Of a stretch of 20,000 nt of DNA, positions 1 through 7,176 are shown one piece after another. This DNA is from an uncultured virus (IMG/VR IMGVR_UViG_3300042484_003076) (taxonomy: Duplodnaviria; Heunggongvirae; Uroviricota; Caudoviricetes): IMG/VR virus record IMGVR_UViG_3300042484_003076; one strand, written 5' to 3'. Below the pieces are notes generated by a model, which was not told where the DNA came from, searched no databases, and saw nothing but the letters and a program-made list of their open reading frames with translations. Every line of letters starts with the position of its first letter. Position 1 is the stretch's first letter. The translations under genes and the position numbers were made by a program.

Positions 1-8
1 GACCTATA

Positions 9-29
9 GGTTTTGTCAATAGCAAAACC
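9..29 (-). promoter_or_regulatory. Putative leftward promoter (-35 TTGACA) inside an inverted repeat; -10 would fall just outside the window
   Basis: Plus-strand TGTCAA at 14-19; GGTTTTG (9-15) / CAAAACC (23-29) inverted repeat. Confidence 0.4.
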
Positions 30-48
30 AAACTATTTTTATAGACAC

Positions 49-77
49 AAAAAAAAGCCGTCGCGAGTGCAACGACT
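49..77 (-). terminator. Intrinsic terminator downstream of cas6
   Basis: Minus strand GTCGTTGC-ACTC-GCGACGGC (8-bp stem with G:U) followed by T8. Confidence 0.75.
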
Positions 78-136
78 GGGGGATGCGAAGTAGTCACTCT
101 ATTTTAAGCGATCGCTCCGCCGAGTGATTTTGTTAT

Positions 137-718
137 TTATTCAAAAAACCCGCATCCTAGATGTTTGCGACCTCCCAACCCTTTCTCTTGTAATATTAAA
201 GACTCGTTAGAGCGCAAATCTGAAAACATTACAGGGTATACAGCACACGGTTGCTTTTTAATAATTAGCTGCTCCTTGCGCCCTATTGTTGGCAGTGTAT
301 TAATATCAAACTTTGCTAGTTGCTTACCTAGCGACACCGCAAACCTAGTAAGATCGGGTTCACGATTGTTGTCGGTTTTAATTGATACCCAAGCCGCTAG
401 ATTCTCTTGAGATTTTAGCTCTGTGCCATTAACCAGCTTGAGTTTAATCAACTCTTTGCCTAAATGGATTTGACAATCAAAAAGCATCGTTAGCTCTGTA
501 ATTAAATCTTTGGAGCAACGTAGCTTTATGGTGTTTTGAGTTAAACGTAATGTGCGATCGTCAAAAATATTTGTGTTACTGATTCTACCGATCGCCCACT
601 CAGGGTTATCTTTGAGCTTAGGAGCTAATCCCGTCAAGGCAGAATAGAGACAGTAATGGTAGTTTCTAGGGATTAAAGAGCCTTCAATACTGAAAAGAAA
701 TTCTACGAAGTTACTCAC
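137..718 (-). CDS. cas6: Cas6 endoribonuclease, I-MYXAN/Cmx6-like
   Basis: C-terminal Gly-rich loop LQEKGLGGRKHLGCGFF and N-terminal F.I.G..IP.NYHY.LYSA pattern typical of Cmx6-type Cas6; GTG start with upstream AAGGA. Confidence 0.85.
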   Translation of the reverse strand: MSNFVEFLFSIEGSLIPRNYHYCLYSALTGLAPKLKDNPEWAIGRISNTNIFDDRTLRLTQNTIKLRCSKDLITELTMLFDCQIHLGKELIKLKLVNGTELKSQENLAAWVSIKTDNNREPDLTRFAVSLGKQLAKFDINTLPTIGRKEQLIIKKQPCAVYPVMFSDLRSNESLILQEKGLGGRKHLGCGFFE

Positions 719-760
719 GTTCTTTTATTCCTTTGGTATTTGTGTATTTCTTCAATTCCG

Positions 761-808
761 CATGACTTTCTTAGATCGTTCTTAGATCGTTCTTAGGGAT
801 ATCTCATG
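761..808. repeat. Short tandem 11-bp repeat array upstream of cas6
   Basis: TTCTTAGATCG at 768-778 and 779-789, degenerate TTCTTAGGGAT at 790-800, bracketed by CATGA (761) and TCATG (804-808). Confidence 0.7.
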
Positions 809-819
809 TATCGGCGCAC

Positions 820-849
820 AAAAAAGCCGTTGCCACTGTGACGGTTTTT
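820..849. terminator. Probable bidirectional terminator, sequence-related to the 49-77 hairpin
   Basis: AAAAAA-GCCGTTGC-CACT-GTGACGGT-TTTT; T-tracts available on both strands. Confidence 0.6.
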
Positions 850-868
850 GATAATGGTAAAATAATAG

Positions 869-1014
869 ACTAGCCGAAGAATTTAAGCGTAACGATTAAA
901 TACTAAATAAGCGTCGCCTACCTTTGTTGGAGAGAAGCAGACAGGCGATCGCGAAGTGTGTTGTAAAGAAAAGCTTCTCCGCTTTATTTTAGCACTGCCA
1001 AAAGGATAGCTAGC
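869..1014 (-). ncRNA. Candidate structured RNA or inserted element of unknown family
   Basis: Nested helices 1008-1014/869-875, 980-996/899-913, 939-948/914-923, plus 973-979/932-938. Non-Watson-Crick positions are G:U on the minus strand but A:C on the plus strand. Confidence 0.45.
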
Positions 1015-1074
1015 ATCTTTAAGGACTAATGCTTCAAAACCGTTAGGGGCGGCGCAAAGGTAGCAGTTATTCAT
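1015..1074 (-). pseudogene. csf1: 5' fragment of a csf1 (Cas8-like) gene; the ORF runs on to 883 through apparently unrelated sequence
   Basis: MNNCYLC...LVLKD resembles the CxxC N-terminus of Csf1 (from recall). Start overlaps the cupin stop, and csf1 is the one core type IV gene otherwise missing. Confidence 0.5.
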
Positions 1075-1426
1075 TGATAATCACCAATCTTTTCTCACTA
1101 TCTACGGGTTGATGTTTGTTGGCAACGGATAGCAAAAAAAGCCCGTCATTTCCAGCCCTTACCCTGTGAGGTTGCGAACCGTCTATAAAGTAGCAGGTTC
1201 CCTTGACGATTGGTTCGGTTTCAGCGCCGCAATCAATCCATCCAGACCCCTCTACTCCAAACAAAATATGATCACCCTCATGGGTATGAAGAGAAGTTTT
1301 TTCATTAGGTGCAAAATTCAACATATCAGCAGCAAAGCCGTCTTTTTTTACCAGTGGCAATCCGACAGCTTGACTGCCATACATCTGATACCAGTAATCA
1401 GCATCTAAATAATTTTTAATTTGCAT
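1067..1426 (-). CDS. Cupin-domain protein
   Basis: Cupin motifs H-T-H-x4-H...VEGSG and G.CYFIDGSQPHRV; overlaps both neighbouring genes. Confidence 0.85.
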   Translation of the reverse strand: MQIKNYLDADYWYQMYGSQAVGLPLVKKDGFAADMLNFAPNEKTSLHTHEGDHILFGVEGSGWIDCGAETEPIVKGTCYFIDGSQPHRVRAGNDGLFLLSVANKHQPVDSEKRLVIINE

Positions 1427-2084
1427 ACAATAATCCTTTTAGGTATTCAAAATATTCTGGCGAAATCTTGCGAAACTCTTCTAATCTTGTAGCTTGATAT
1501 TGATTGTTAGTATTTTTGCTGACATGATCTGTAGTTCGTTTTGCGCCTAAATCATAGGCTTTTAGGTATGGCAATTCATGAAAAAAGGTATAAGCCCAAA
1601 TATCGTTTTCACTCCAATTAAAAACAGGGCAAGCGCGATAATCTCCTTTTTTATATTGATAGATAGCACCATTTTTTAGCAAGGTTGCTTTACGTTTTGC
1701 GCTTTCTTCTATCCGCAATCCAACAAAAGCGACAGGATAATCAATCCATAATTTTTGTGACTTAACTTTGTTAGGGACATGATCGCCTTGCATCAAAATA
1801 GTTTGAATGTTTAGCCCAAATTTGTCCTGATATTTTGATTCTGTTTCAGCATAATTACTAATCATTTCTCTTTCATAATGTCCAAAAGAAATAGCCAAAA
1901 TATTAGGACAAATCGACTGCACCAAATGAAGCATTACGACTGAATCTTTACCCCATGACACCGCAACATAAGAAGGAGCGATCGCTAAAGCCTCTCGAAT
2001 AATCTCTTTAGCTTTCTCAACTTTGCGCTTAAATGTTGGCAGTGTCGCATGAGCTAAAAATGCATCGCGTTCTATTCCCTCCAT
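1416..2084 (-). CDS. cysH: CysH-like / PAPS reductase family protein (type IV-B accessory)
   Basis: PP-loop SWGKDS, VGLRIEES and PVFNWSENDIWAY motifs; directly after csf3. Confidence 0.88.
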   Translation of the reverse strand: MEGIERDAFLAHATLPTFKRKVEKAKEIIREALAIAPSYVAVSWGKDSVVMLHLVQSICPNILAISFGHYEREMISNYAETESKYQDKFGLNIQTILMQGDHVPNKVKSQKLWIDYPVAFVGLRIEESAKRKATLLKNGAIYQYKKGDYRACPVFNWSENDIWAYTFFHELPYLKAYDLGAKRTTDHVSKNTNNQYQATRLEEFRKISPEYFEYLKGLLYAN

Positions 2085-2758
2085 ACGTTATCCGTTGGCA
2101 TATAGCACATAGATTTATTCGCCGCTAACCATGTAGGAGGTCTCCACCCCCAGTTCATCATATTGATAGATTGAGGCTGTGGAATCATATTAATTGGCAT
2201 TGGTCGGGCTAAACTTTCACCTCTCCACAAATGCCAATCATGTTCAAAAGGAAGTACTTCCCATTTGTGTACCTGTCCGCAACCTTGCGATCGCTTCTTG
2301 CCAAGGTTCGTAACATTTAGAATTAGTTCGCTAATCTTGTCAGCATTGCCAATCGCAAACCAGTGTATAGTCTGCATTTCGCGATCATATCGTGGTAAAT
2401 CATAGGCTTTAAAATGCCCTTGCGAACTATCAACCTTAGCTTTCTTTTTACCCCAATCAAGGTGTAGTTCTTGCTTGTCCCATCGCTTACGGTAACGCTG
2501 AGTTTGTTGATGATTTTCGATGTAATGTGGTGAACTCACGGCCCAATACCACTCGCCTTTAAGCGTCTTCCGAGCGATCGGCATTTCATCAAAAATCAAG
2601 GGCAGATTCTTTTCAGCATCCGCAGCCGTTGGATTAGGCGTGATTAGCCCTAATTGGTCTAACAATTGATACTCAATCAGAGCATCGAAGCTAGGGGACC
2701 AGTCATCATAGGCAACTAGCGGCGTTGCCATGTGTGCGATTATTTGGAGGTTATCCAT
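2072..2758 (-). CDS. csf3: Type IV CRISPR-associated Csf3 (Cas5 group)
   Basis: G.FKAY.LP, WFAIG, LGKKRSQGCGQV..WEV Gly loop, RPMP and GWRPP.W motifs. Confidence 0.88.
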   Translation of the reverse strand: MDNLQIIAHMATPLVAYDDWSPSFDALIEYQLLDQLGLITPNPTAADAEKNLPLIFDEMPIARKTLKGEWYWAVSSPHYIENHQQTQRYRKRWDKQELHLDWGKKKAKVDSSQGHFKAYDLPRYDREMQTIHWFAIGNADKISELILNVTNLGKKRSQGCGQVHKWEVLPFEHDWHLWRGESLARPMPINMIPQPQSINMMNWGWRPPTWLAANKSMCYMPTDNVWRE

Positions 2759-3962
2759 TCAATAAACTCCGAATATCGCTCTTAGAATCAGCTAGAAAGC
2801 CTTTGTAATCTTCGAGATATTCTTTATACCTTGCGTGAGATTCAGTAGCGCGATCGCTTAATTTCTGAGCATGAGGTGTAATCGTCATAAACTCACCGCG
2901 ATCGCCCTCCGCAGTCTCAAACCAGAATTGCATAGAACATAGTCCGCAACCCGTTCCTGATTGACCGCCTAAGTATGGCGATTCAGCGAACTTGAGTAAT
3001 GCATCTGCAATAAATCCTTCTTCGATTCTGGTGACGTTTGCGCTCCAATAAGAGTACAAAGTAGCACCTGTTTGGAGTAGCCAATTACCCATAATCATCT
3101 GTTGGCTTTTCTCTTTTTCGGGCTTTGCTTTTTCGCTTTTACCTTTCTTGGTTTCAGGCTCCGAAACTATACCAAATAGATCGCATTGAGAAATCATCTT
3201 TTGAGGTTCTGGAGTAGCGCCGATCAAATGTTTTGCAAAGTTAGGATCGTGAAGTGAATCGCGCCTTGTCTTTTGGCTATAGGTAAGCCAATCGGAATAA
3301 TATCGAAGCTTCTCACCTAAGAATGGCATCCATTCATCAAGCAAAGCCTTGAGATCGTAATTGCTAACATCCAAAGGAGAACCATGATGTAGCCATTGAT
3401 TCACTCGTTGACTATGCTGTAAGTCTTTGCCATCAATAATCTGCTCCAGTGCTGGTATGACTTCGATTGGCAACGCAGGGGGGAACATCTGATAAAGATA
3501 CTTAGCGCTTTCTACACAAGCCAAATAAGCATCACCAACAGCGATTCGACCGTGCACCATTTGAGCATCGGATACACCAAACAATCCTTTAGGTTTGGCA
3601 GTTCCTAACACTGAAAGGCATGGCAAAAGTTGCCTAATCTTCTTATCCAAATCTAAGTCATTACCCGTGCCACCATCAATCGCGCCGCCACAAAATAGAG
3701 CGTGATGCATCGTTGGCGATACTTGCACACCAATCTGAGAGAGGAAAGAATCAATACCACAGCGCCTCAAAATACGATTGCGTAGTGAGTTACCAGAAAG
3801 ACAAAACACCTCAGAGGGATTTCCCTCTAAATCTGTCACTTTCATCGTTCGTAAATTGGTTTGATTGCCTACGGACTCACTGATATGAGACAAGGGCTGT
3901 AGCAATGTAATTTGCAGGTGTAGCTTGATATTATGGCGATCGTGTGGGTTGTAATTAAGCAT
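2751..3962 (-). CDS. csf2: Type IV CRISPR-associated Csf2 (Cas7 backbone)
   Basis: PLSH, SGNSLR..LRR, LFCGG, LP.LSVLG, GRIAVG, TRRD, QMI and C-terminal LGGQSGTGCG Gly loop. Confidence 0.9.
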   Translation of the reverse strand: MLNYNPHDRHNIKLHLQITLLQPLSHISESVGNQTNLRTMKVTDLEGNPSEVFCLSGNSLRNRILRRCGIDSFLSQIGVQVSPTMHHALFCGGAIDGGTGNDLDLDKKIRQLLPCLSVLGTAKPKGLFGVSDAQMVHGRIAVGDAYLACVESAKYLYQMFPPALPIEVIPALEQIIDGKDLQHSQRVNQWLHHGSPLDVSNYDLKALLDEWMPFLGEKLRYYSDWLTYSQKTRRDSLHDPNFAKHLIGATPEPQKMISQCDLFGIVSEPETKKGKSEKAKPEKEKSQQMIMGNWLLQTGATLYSYWSANVTRIEEGFIADALLKFAESPYLGGQSGTGCGLCSMQFWFETAEGDRGEFMTITPHAQKLSDRATESHARYKEYLEDYKGFLADSKSDIRSLLNG

Positions 3963-4485
3963 TATTAGCCTCTACATCTAGAGTATTTTCTGTTTCTTCT
4001 GGAATATTCAAAGCGCGATCGCTTTCAAAGCGAACACGACAAAAAGCAGTAATAATGTGCGGTTTTGATTTGCACAAACTGAGGATATGGTGATCGCTTA
4101 TCCCGTGCGTATATTTCAATTTGGCTAAAATGTCGTTCCATCCCAACCACCAAAGATCAATATTTTGATCGCAGTCTTTCTGTTGAATGTCTCCCATACT
4201 GCCATCGTCATTCACAGTAGCCCGTAAAACCACTTGTTTTGGCGCGATTATGCGAGTCCATTCTTTTGGGTTGAGGTGTGCAACGATTAGCTTTTTTGCC
4301 AGATTCTCAATGTAGTCGTCGATATTGCGAGAGGGAATAGCAGCATTTTGGATACTGCTTTGAAAATATTCCCATGTTTTTAAGCCCATGGCAGGACTTT
4401 TGCCCTTGTCTCTACAGCGAAAAACCCAATAACTAAGCGCACTGGCTAATGCTGTAGTCTTGTCCTCAGTTTCTATTCCATACAT
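3955..4485 (-). CDS. Probable type IV-B small subunit (Cas11-like)
   Basis: 176 aa helical-looking protein (W.YF..SI.NAA...IDDYIE.L.KKL) coupled to csf2, in the position cas11 occupies in IV-B loci. Confidence 0.6.
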   Translation of the reverse strand: MYGIETEDKTTALASALSYWVFRCRDKGKSPAMGLKTWEYFQSSIQNAAIPSRNIDDYIENLAKKLIVAHLNPKEWTRIIAPKQVVLRATVNDDGSMGDIQQKDCDQNIDLWWLGWNDILAKLKYTHGISDHHILSLCKSKPHIITAFCRVRFESDRALNIPEETENTLDVEANNA

Positions 4486-4513
4486 AAATATTTCTCGTAC
4501 ATCTACGGTATTT

Positions 4514-4810
4514 TTATTCTAGATCACAAACAGCATTCCAAGCCGCCAACTTAGCTTTACCGACAGACACACCACGCGCCCGCATCTCCTTTGGTGTTGC
4601 CTTACGTAGCTTAGGGATAGCGCGGTAATTACCCTCAACACACTCAATATGCAATCGCCTGTTACCGTATGCGATCGCGCCTTGTTTAAGAAGTAAGCGC
4701 AATGCGCTCGTATTGATTTGCGTACAGATTTCAATGTAGCGTAGAGAGTAAGAGCCGCGATGGGTGCTGAAAAAGCCGATGAGCTTGGCTCGTTCAATTT
4801 CTAGAGGCAT
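4514..4810 (-). CDS. Small basic hypothetical protein, possibly DNA-binding
   Basis: Start overlaps the stop of the kinase gene; Arg/Lys rich. Confidence 0.65.
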   Translation of the reverse strand: MPLEIERAKLIGFFSTHRGSYSLRYIEICTQINTSALRLLLKQGAIAYGNRRLHIECVEGNYRAIPKLRKATPKEMRARGVSVGKAKLAAWNAVCDLE

Positions 4811-5553
4811 TATAGTTCCTCCAAATAATCTTCAACAAATTTCATCCGATCGCCCAAATCCAAACAGTCCCTATGCAACTCTTTATAAGGTAAATTTAGA
4901 TGATTGAGCATCCCTAAAAGCTGAGTATGCAACTTGAATATTAACGGTTGATTAATCGCCGCTTTGTACTCACGCTCGACAAAAGGGATTGCAGGAGGAA
5001 TTAGTACAATCTTGTCAAAATACCGAGCCGTAACATTAAAGCAATTTTGCAAATAGTCCATAACCTCAGACTGCATACGCTCATCTAACTTGCCATTGCC
5101 AATGTCTGCGAGCAAGTAAGCAGCCATGTCCAATGGTGTGCGATCGCAGATAAAACTAGGTTCGTCAACTTCAAACCAGATGTCTTCAGCTTTAGCCAAA
5201 ATCTTTTGCTGCAAAAACAACCTAGTGCGGATATCCAATTTGTCGGACGGGTGGAAACTATGCTCCAGAAAAACACTGCTCGCATCAATAGGGATATATG
5301 GAATCCCTAGCTTTTGCGATAAGGCGATTGCCAGTGTGGTTTTGCCCGTGCCATGTGCACCGCAAAGTCCTATTCCTATACAGGACTTTGCGGTGCGATA
5401 ATCTGGATAAACAACCAATCTATCGTCTGGGATAAGCATTGCATAGCTAACCCTTCCACCAAACATAGCTTTCGCTTCGTCTTCAGTGTCAAATCCGCCA
5501 TAAGCAATGCAGTTTGAGCCTCGGTCTTCAAACATCGCGTACCATTTTTTCAT
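4810..5553 (-). CDS. P-loop NTPase / nucleotide-kinase-like (AAA_28-type) with a ~55 aa N-terminal extension
   Basis: Walker A GAHGTGKT and kinase-like ICDRTPLD motif; start placed at ATG 5553 after GGTGAAG. Confidence 0.75.
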   Translation of the reverse strand: MKKWYAMFEDRGSNCIAYGGFDTEDEAKAMFGGRVSYAMLIPDDRLVVYPDYRTAKSCIGIGLCGAHGTGKTTLAIALSQKLGIPYIPIDASSVFLEHSFHPSDKLDIRTRLFLQQKILAKAEDIWFEVDEPSFICDRTPLDMAAYLLADIGNGKLDERMQSEVMDYLQNCFNVTARYFDKIVLIPPAIPFVEREYKAAINQPLIFKLHTQLLGMLNHLNLPYKELHRDCLDLGDRMKFVEDYLEEL

Positions 5554-5770
5554 TGTCTTCACCACCAATATCAATTACTTCCTTGTCCAAGCACTGCATT
5601 ATCAGTGCTAACTCGCCTTTTAGATCTTCCAGTGTTGTGCCAACAGGTGTTACTTCCTCGTGGCTCCAACTGGTTAATTTGCCCTTACTATTTGGGTAAA
5701 ACTCGCGGATAGCAAACAACTCTTCGCCATTTTCAAGGGTTTGCTTTGAGATTCGATACGTCCAACTCAT
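5528..5770 (-). CDS. Phage-type hypothetical protein
   Basis: Overlaps both neighbours; W.YR...IREFY...W...P.G pattern. Confidence 0.7.
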   Translation of the reverse strand: MSWTYRISKQTLENGEELFAIREFYPNSKGKLTSWSHEEVTPVGTTLEDLKGELALIMQCLDKEVIDIGGEDNEKMVRDV

Positions 5771-6003
5771 TATTTCAAATCCCCAACAATCATCTCAAAA
5801 ATGCTATGGGTGCAACAGCCCATAAATTTAAAATTATCTGCGGCGATCGGGTCAGTTGGATTACCGTCGGCATCAGTCCAAAACATTTGCGGTTTATATG
5901 GTTCGCCGTTTAGCGTGAACTCAATGCTTTCAATGTTCTGGCTATCCCAAAGAGCTTTTTGCGCTAGCCATGCTTGGATGTCTTCAATCTTGACGATCAT
6001 CAT
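5770..6003 (-). CDS. Hypothetical protein
   Basis: ATGA/TAATG coupling with neighbours. Confidence 0.65.
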   Translation of the reverse strand: MMIVKIEDIQAWLAQKALWDSQNIESIEFTLNGEPYKPQMFWTDADGNPTDPIAADNFKFMGCCTHSIFEMIVGDLK

Positions 6004-6242
6004 TCTTTACGCTCCTTATTCCTTAATCCAGCTTCTCTAAACGTGCTTAGAACTACTGCCGCAGTCCAAACGCATGTAAACACTGCAATAAATAGCAATC
6101 CCTTACCTAATGGCTGCCATACGAACCAGAAAAAACCCGCGATCGGTATCAGAAAAACAAAAGTTAAAGCGAAACAACCGCCAAAAGTTGATGCTGTTGC
6201 TTGTAGTTCTTCCTTACTGTCAGACTCAAATAATCTAGCCAT
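6000..6242 (-). CDS. Small membrane protein, two TM helices
   Basis: Two hydrophobic stretches; coupled to the dcd stop. Confidence 0.7.
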   Translation of the reverse strand: MARLFESDSKEELQATASTFGGCFALTFVFLIPIAGFFWFVWQPLGKGLLFIAVFTCVWTAAVVLSTFREAGLRNKERKE

Positions 6243-6772
6243 TATCCTTTACTCTCCTGTGTGTCTAAATCACCGTTGTATCTTCCAGTCTCTGAGTAAT
6301 CATGCCTTGGGTAAGCCGTCTCAGCAAAAACAATTTGACCGATTCGCATCATTGGATAAATAGGTTGCCAAGCCCAAAGACGATGATTTAGTAATTCTAA
6401 AGTCAGTTTTGAGTTGTTAAACCCACCATCAATCCATACTGCCAAAACGTGCCCCCATCCTGATCGCCCTCTACTTGACTTAAGCCTAAACTCTGCTGAG
6501 TAATTACTCGGCATATTGAAAGTCTCGTAAGTACAAGTCAAAATAAAACTTAGTGGCGATACCCAAAACGGGTTTGATTCTGAGTATTTGGTTAAGTCAT
6601 GAGTAGTAAACTCTTGACCTGTTAGACATCGTTTAAGCCAGTTGTTCTCAGTTTTCAGCGTGTAGCCTATCCGCACATCGAGTGATTGTGGGTTAAGCAT
6701 TGCTTTGTCAAATGGCACGATAACGCCTTTTTCTTCGCAAAGCTTTTCGATTTCGTGGTCAACTAACGTCAT
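6242..6772 (-). CDS. dcd: dCTP deaminase (trimeric dUTPase superfamily)
   Basis: NPQSLDVRIG, KSSRGRSG, WIDGGF, LTLEL, RIGQIVF and GRY motifs; ATG at 6772. Confidence 0.88.
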   Translation of the reverse strand: MTLVDHEIEKLCEEKGVIVPFDKAMLNPQSLDVRIGYTLKTENNWLKRCLTGQEFTTHDLTKYSESNPFWVSPLSFILTCTYETFNMPSNYSAEFRLKSSRGRSGWGHVLAVWIDGGFNNSKLTLELLNHRLWAWQPIYPMMRIGQIVFAETAYPRHDYSETGRYNGDLDTQESKG

Positions 6773-6920
6773 TTTCAAATAACCTCAAAATCCTAGAACT
6801 AGCACCCATCTTCTGAGCTTTTGCGCGAGAAGCTTCTACCCTATACCGATCTTCCATCTGCTGTGATGAAATGGCGATCGGGATGCGCTGTTTTTCTGGC
6901 TGTTTTTCTGTGTCACTCAT
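6759..6920 (-). CDS. 53 aa hypothetical protein (not in ORF track): MSDTEKQPEKQRIP...
   Basis: Hand-translated ORF that fills the gap and overlaps both neighbours. Confidence 0.6.
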   Translation of the reverse strand: MSDTEKQPEKQRIPIAISSQQMEDRYRVEASRAKAQKMGASSRILRLFENDVS

Positions 6921-7176
6921 GGTTATTTTTACTTATAAATTCTTGAACAAGTACCAATCGATCTTCATTGTTTAACAATGGGTTAGCGGCGATCGCCATT
7001 TCTATGGCTCTTAATTCTTCAAAAGAATATTTTTTGGTAGCGCTAAGCTCACATTCAAAACCACTCAAAAGCTTTTGCCATTCAGGAATAATGACAATTT
7101 TGCCGACTTCTTCATTGGCTTTTTCTAGGTACAACCTATTGTTTATACTAACTTCAATCTGACTTGTAGCCATCAT
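6913..7176 (-). CDS. Hypothetical protein
   Basis: Start reassigned to MMATSQ after a GGAG RBS. Confidence 0.65.
   Translation of the reverse strand: MMATSQIEVSINNRLYLEKANEEVGKIVIIPEWQKLLSGFECELSATKKYSFEELRAIEMAIAANPLLNNEDRLVLVQEFISKNNHE

Noticed and set aside
92..129. AGTCACTC/GAGTGATT inverted repeat after cas6
   Set aside because: Short stem with a 22-nt loop; plausible by chance
869..1014. tRNA, group II intron or IS identity for the structured element
   Set aside because: No cloverleaf or T-loop, no GTGCG intron start or downstream exon, no transposase and no evident target-site duplication
1..1074. Canonical CRISPR array near cas6
   Set aside because: No three or more ~25-40 bp repeats with spacers; the 11-mers are contiguous and the two hairpins are ~770 bp apart
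165..1408. Plus-strand ORFs 165..410 and 1166..1408
   Set aside because: Antisense shadows of cas6 and the cupin gene
1416..2084. Housekeeping sulfate-assimilation cysH
   Set aside because: No other cys genes nearby, no C-terminal ECG(L/I)H motif, and it is coupled to csf3
4519..7162. ORFs 4519..4797, 5085..5288, 5126..5401, 5514..5699, 5801..6040, 5974..6363, 6968..7162
   Set aside because: Alternative-frame or antisense overlaps of better-supported coupled genes
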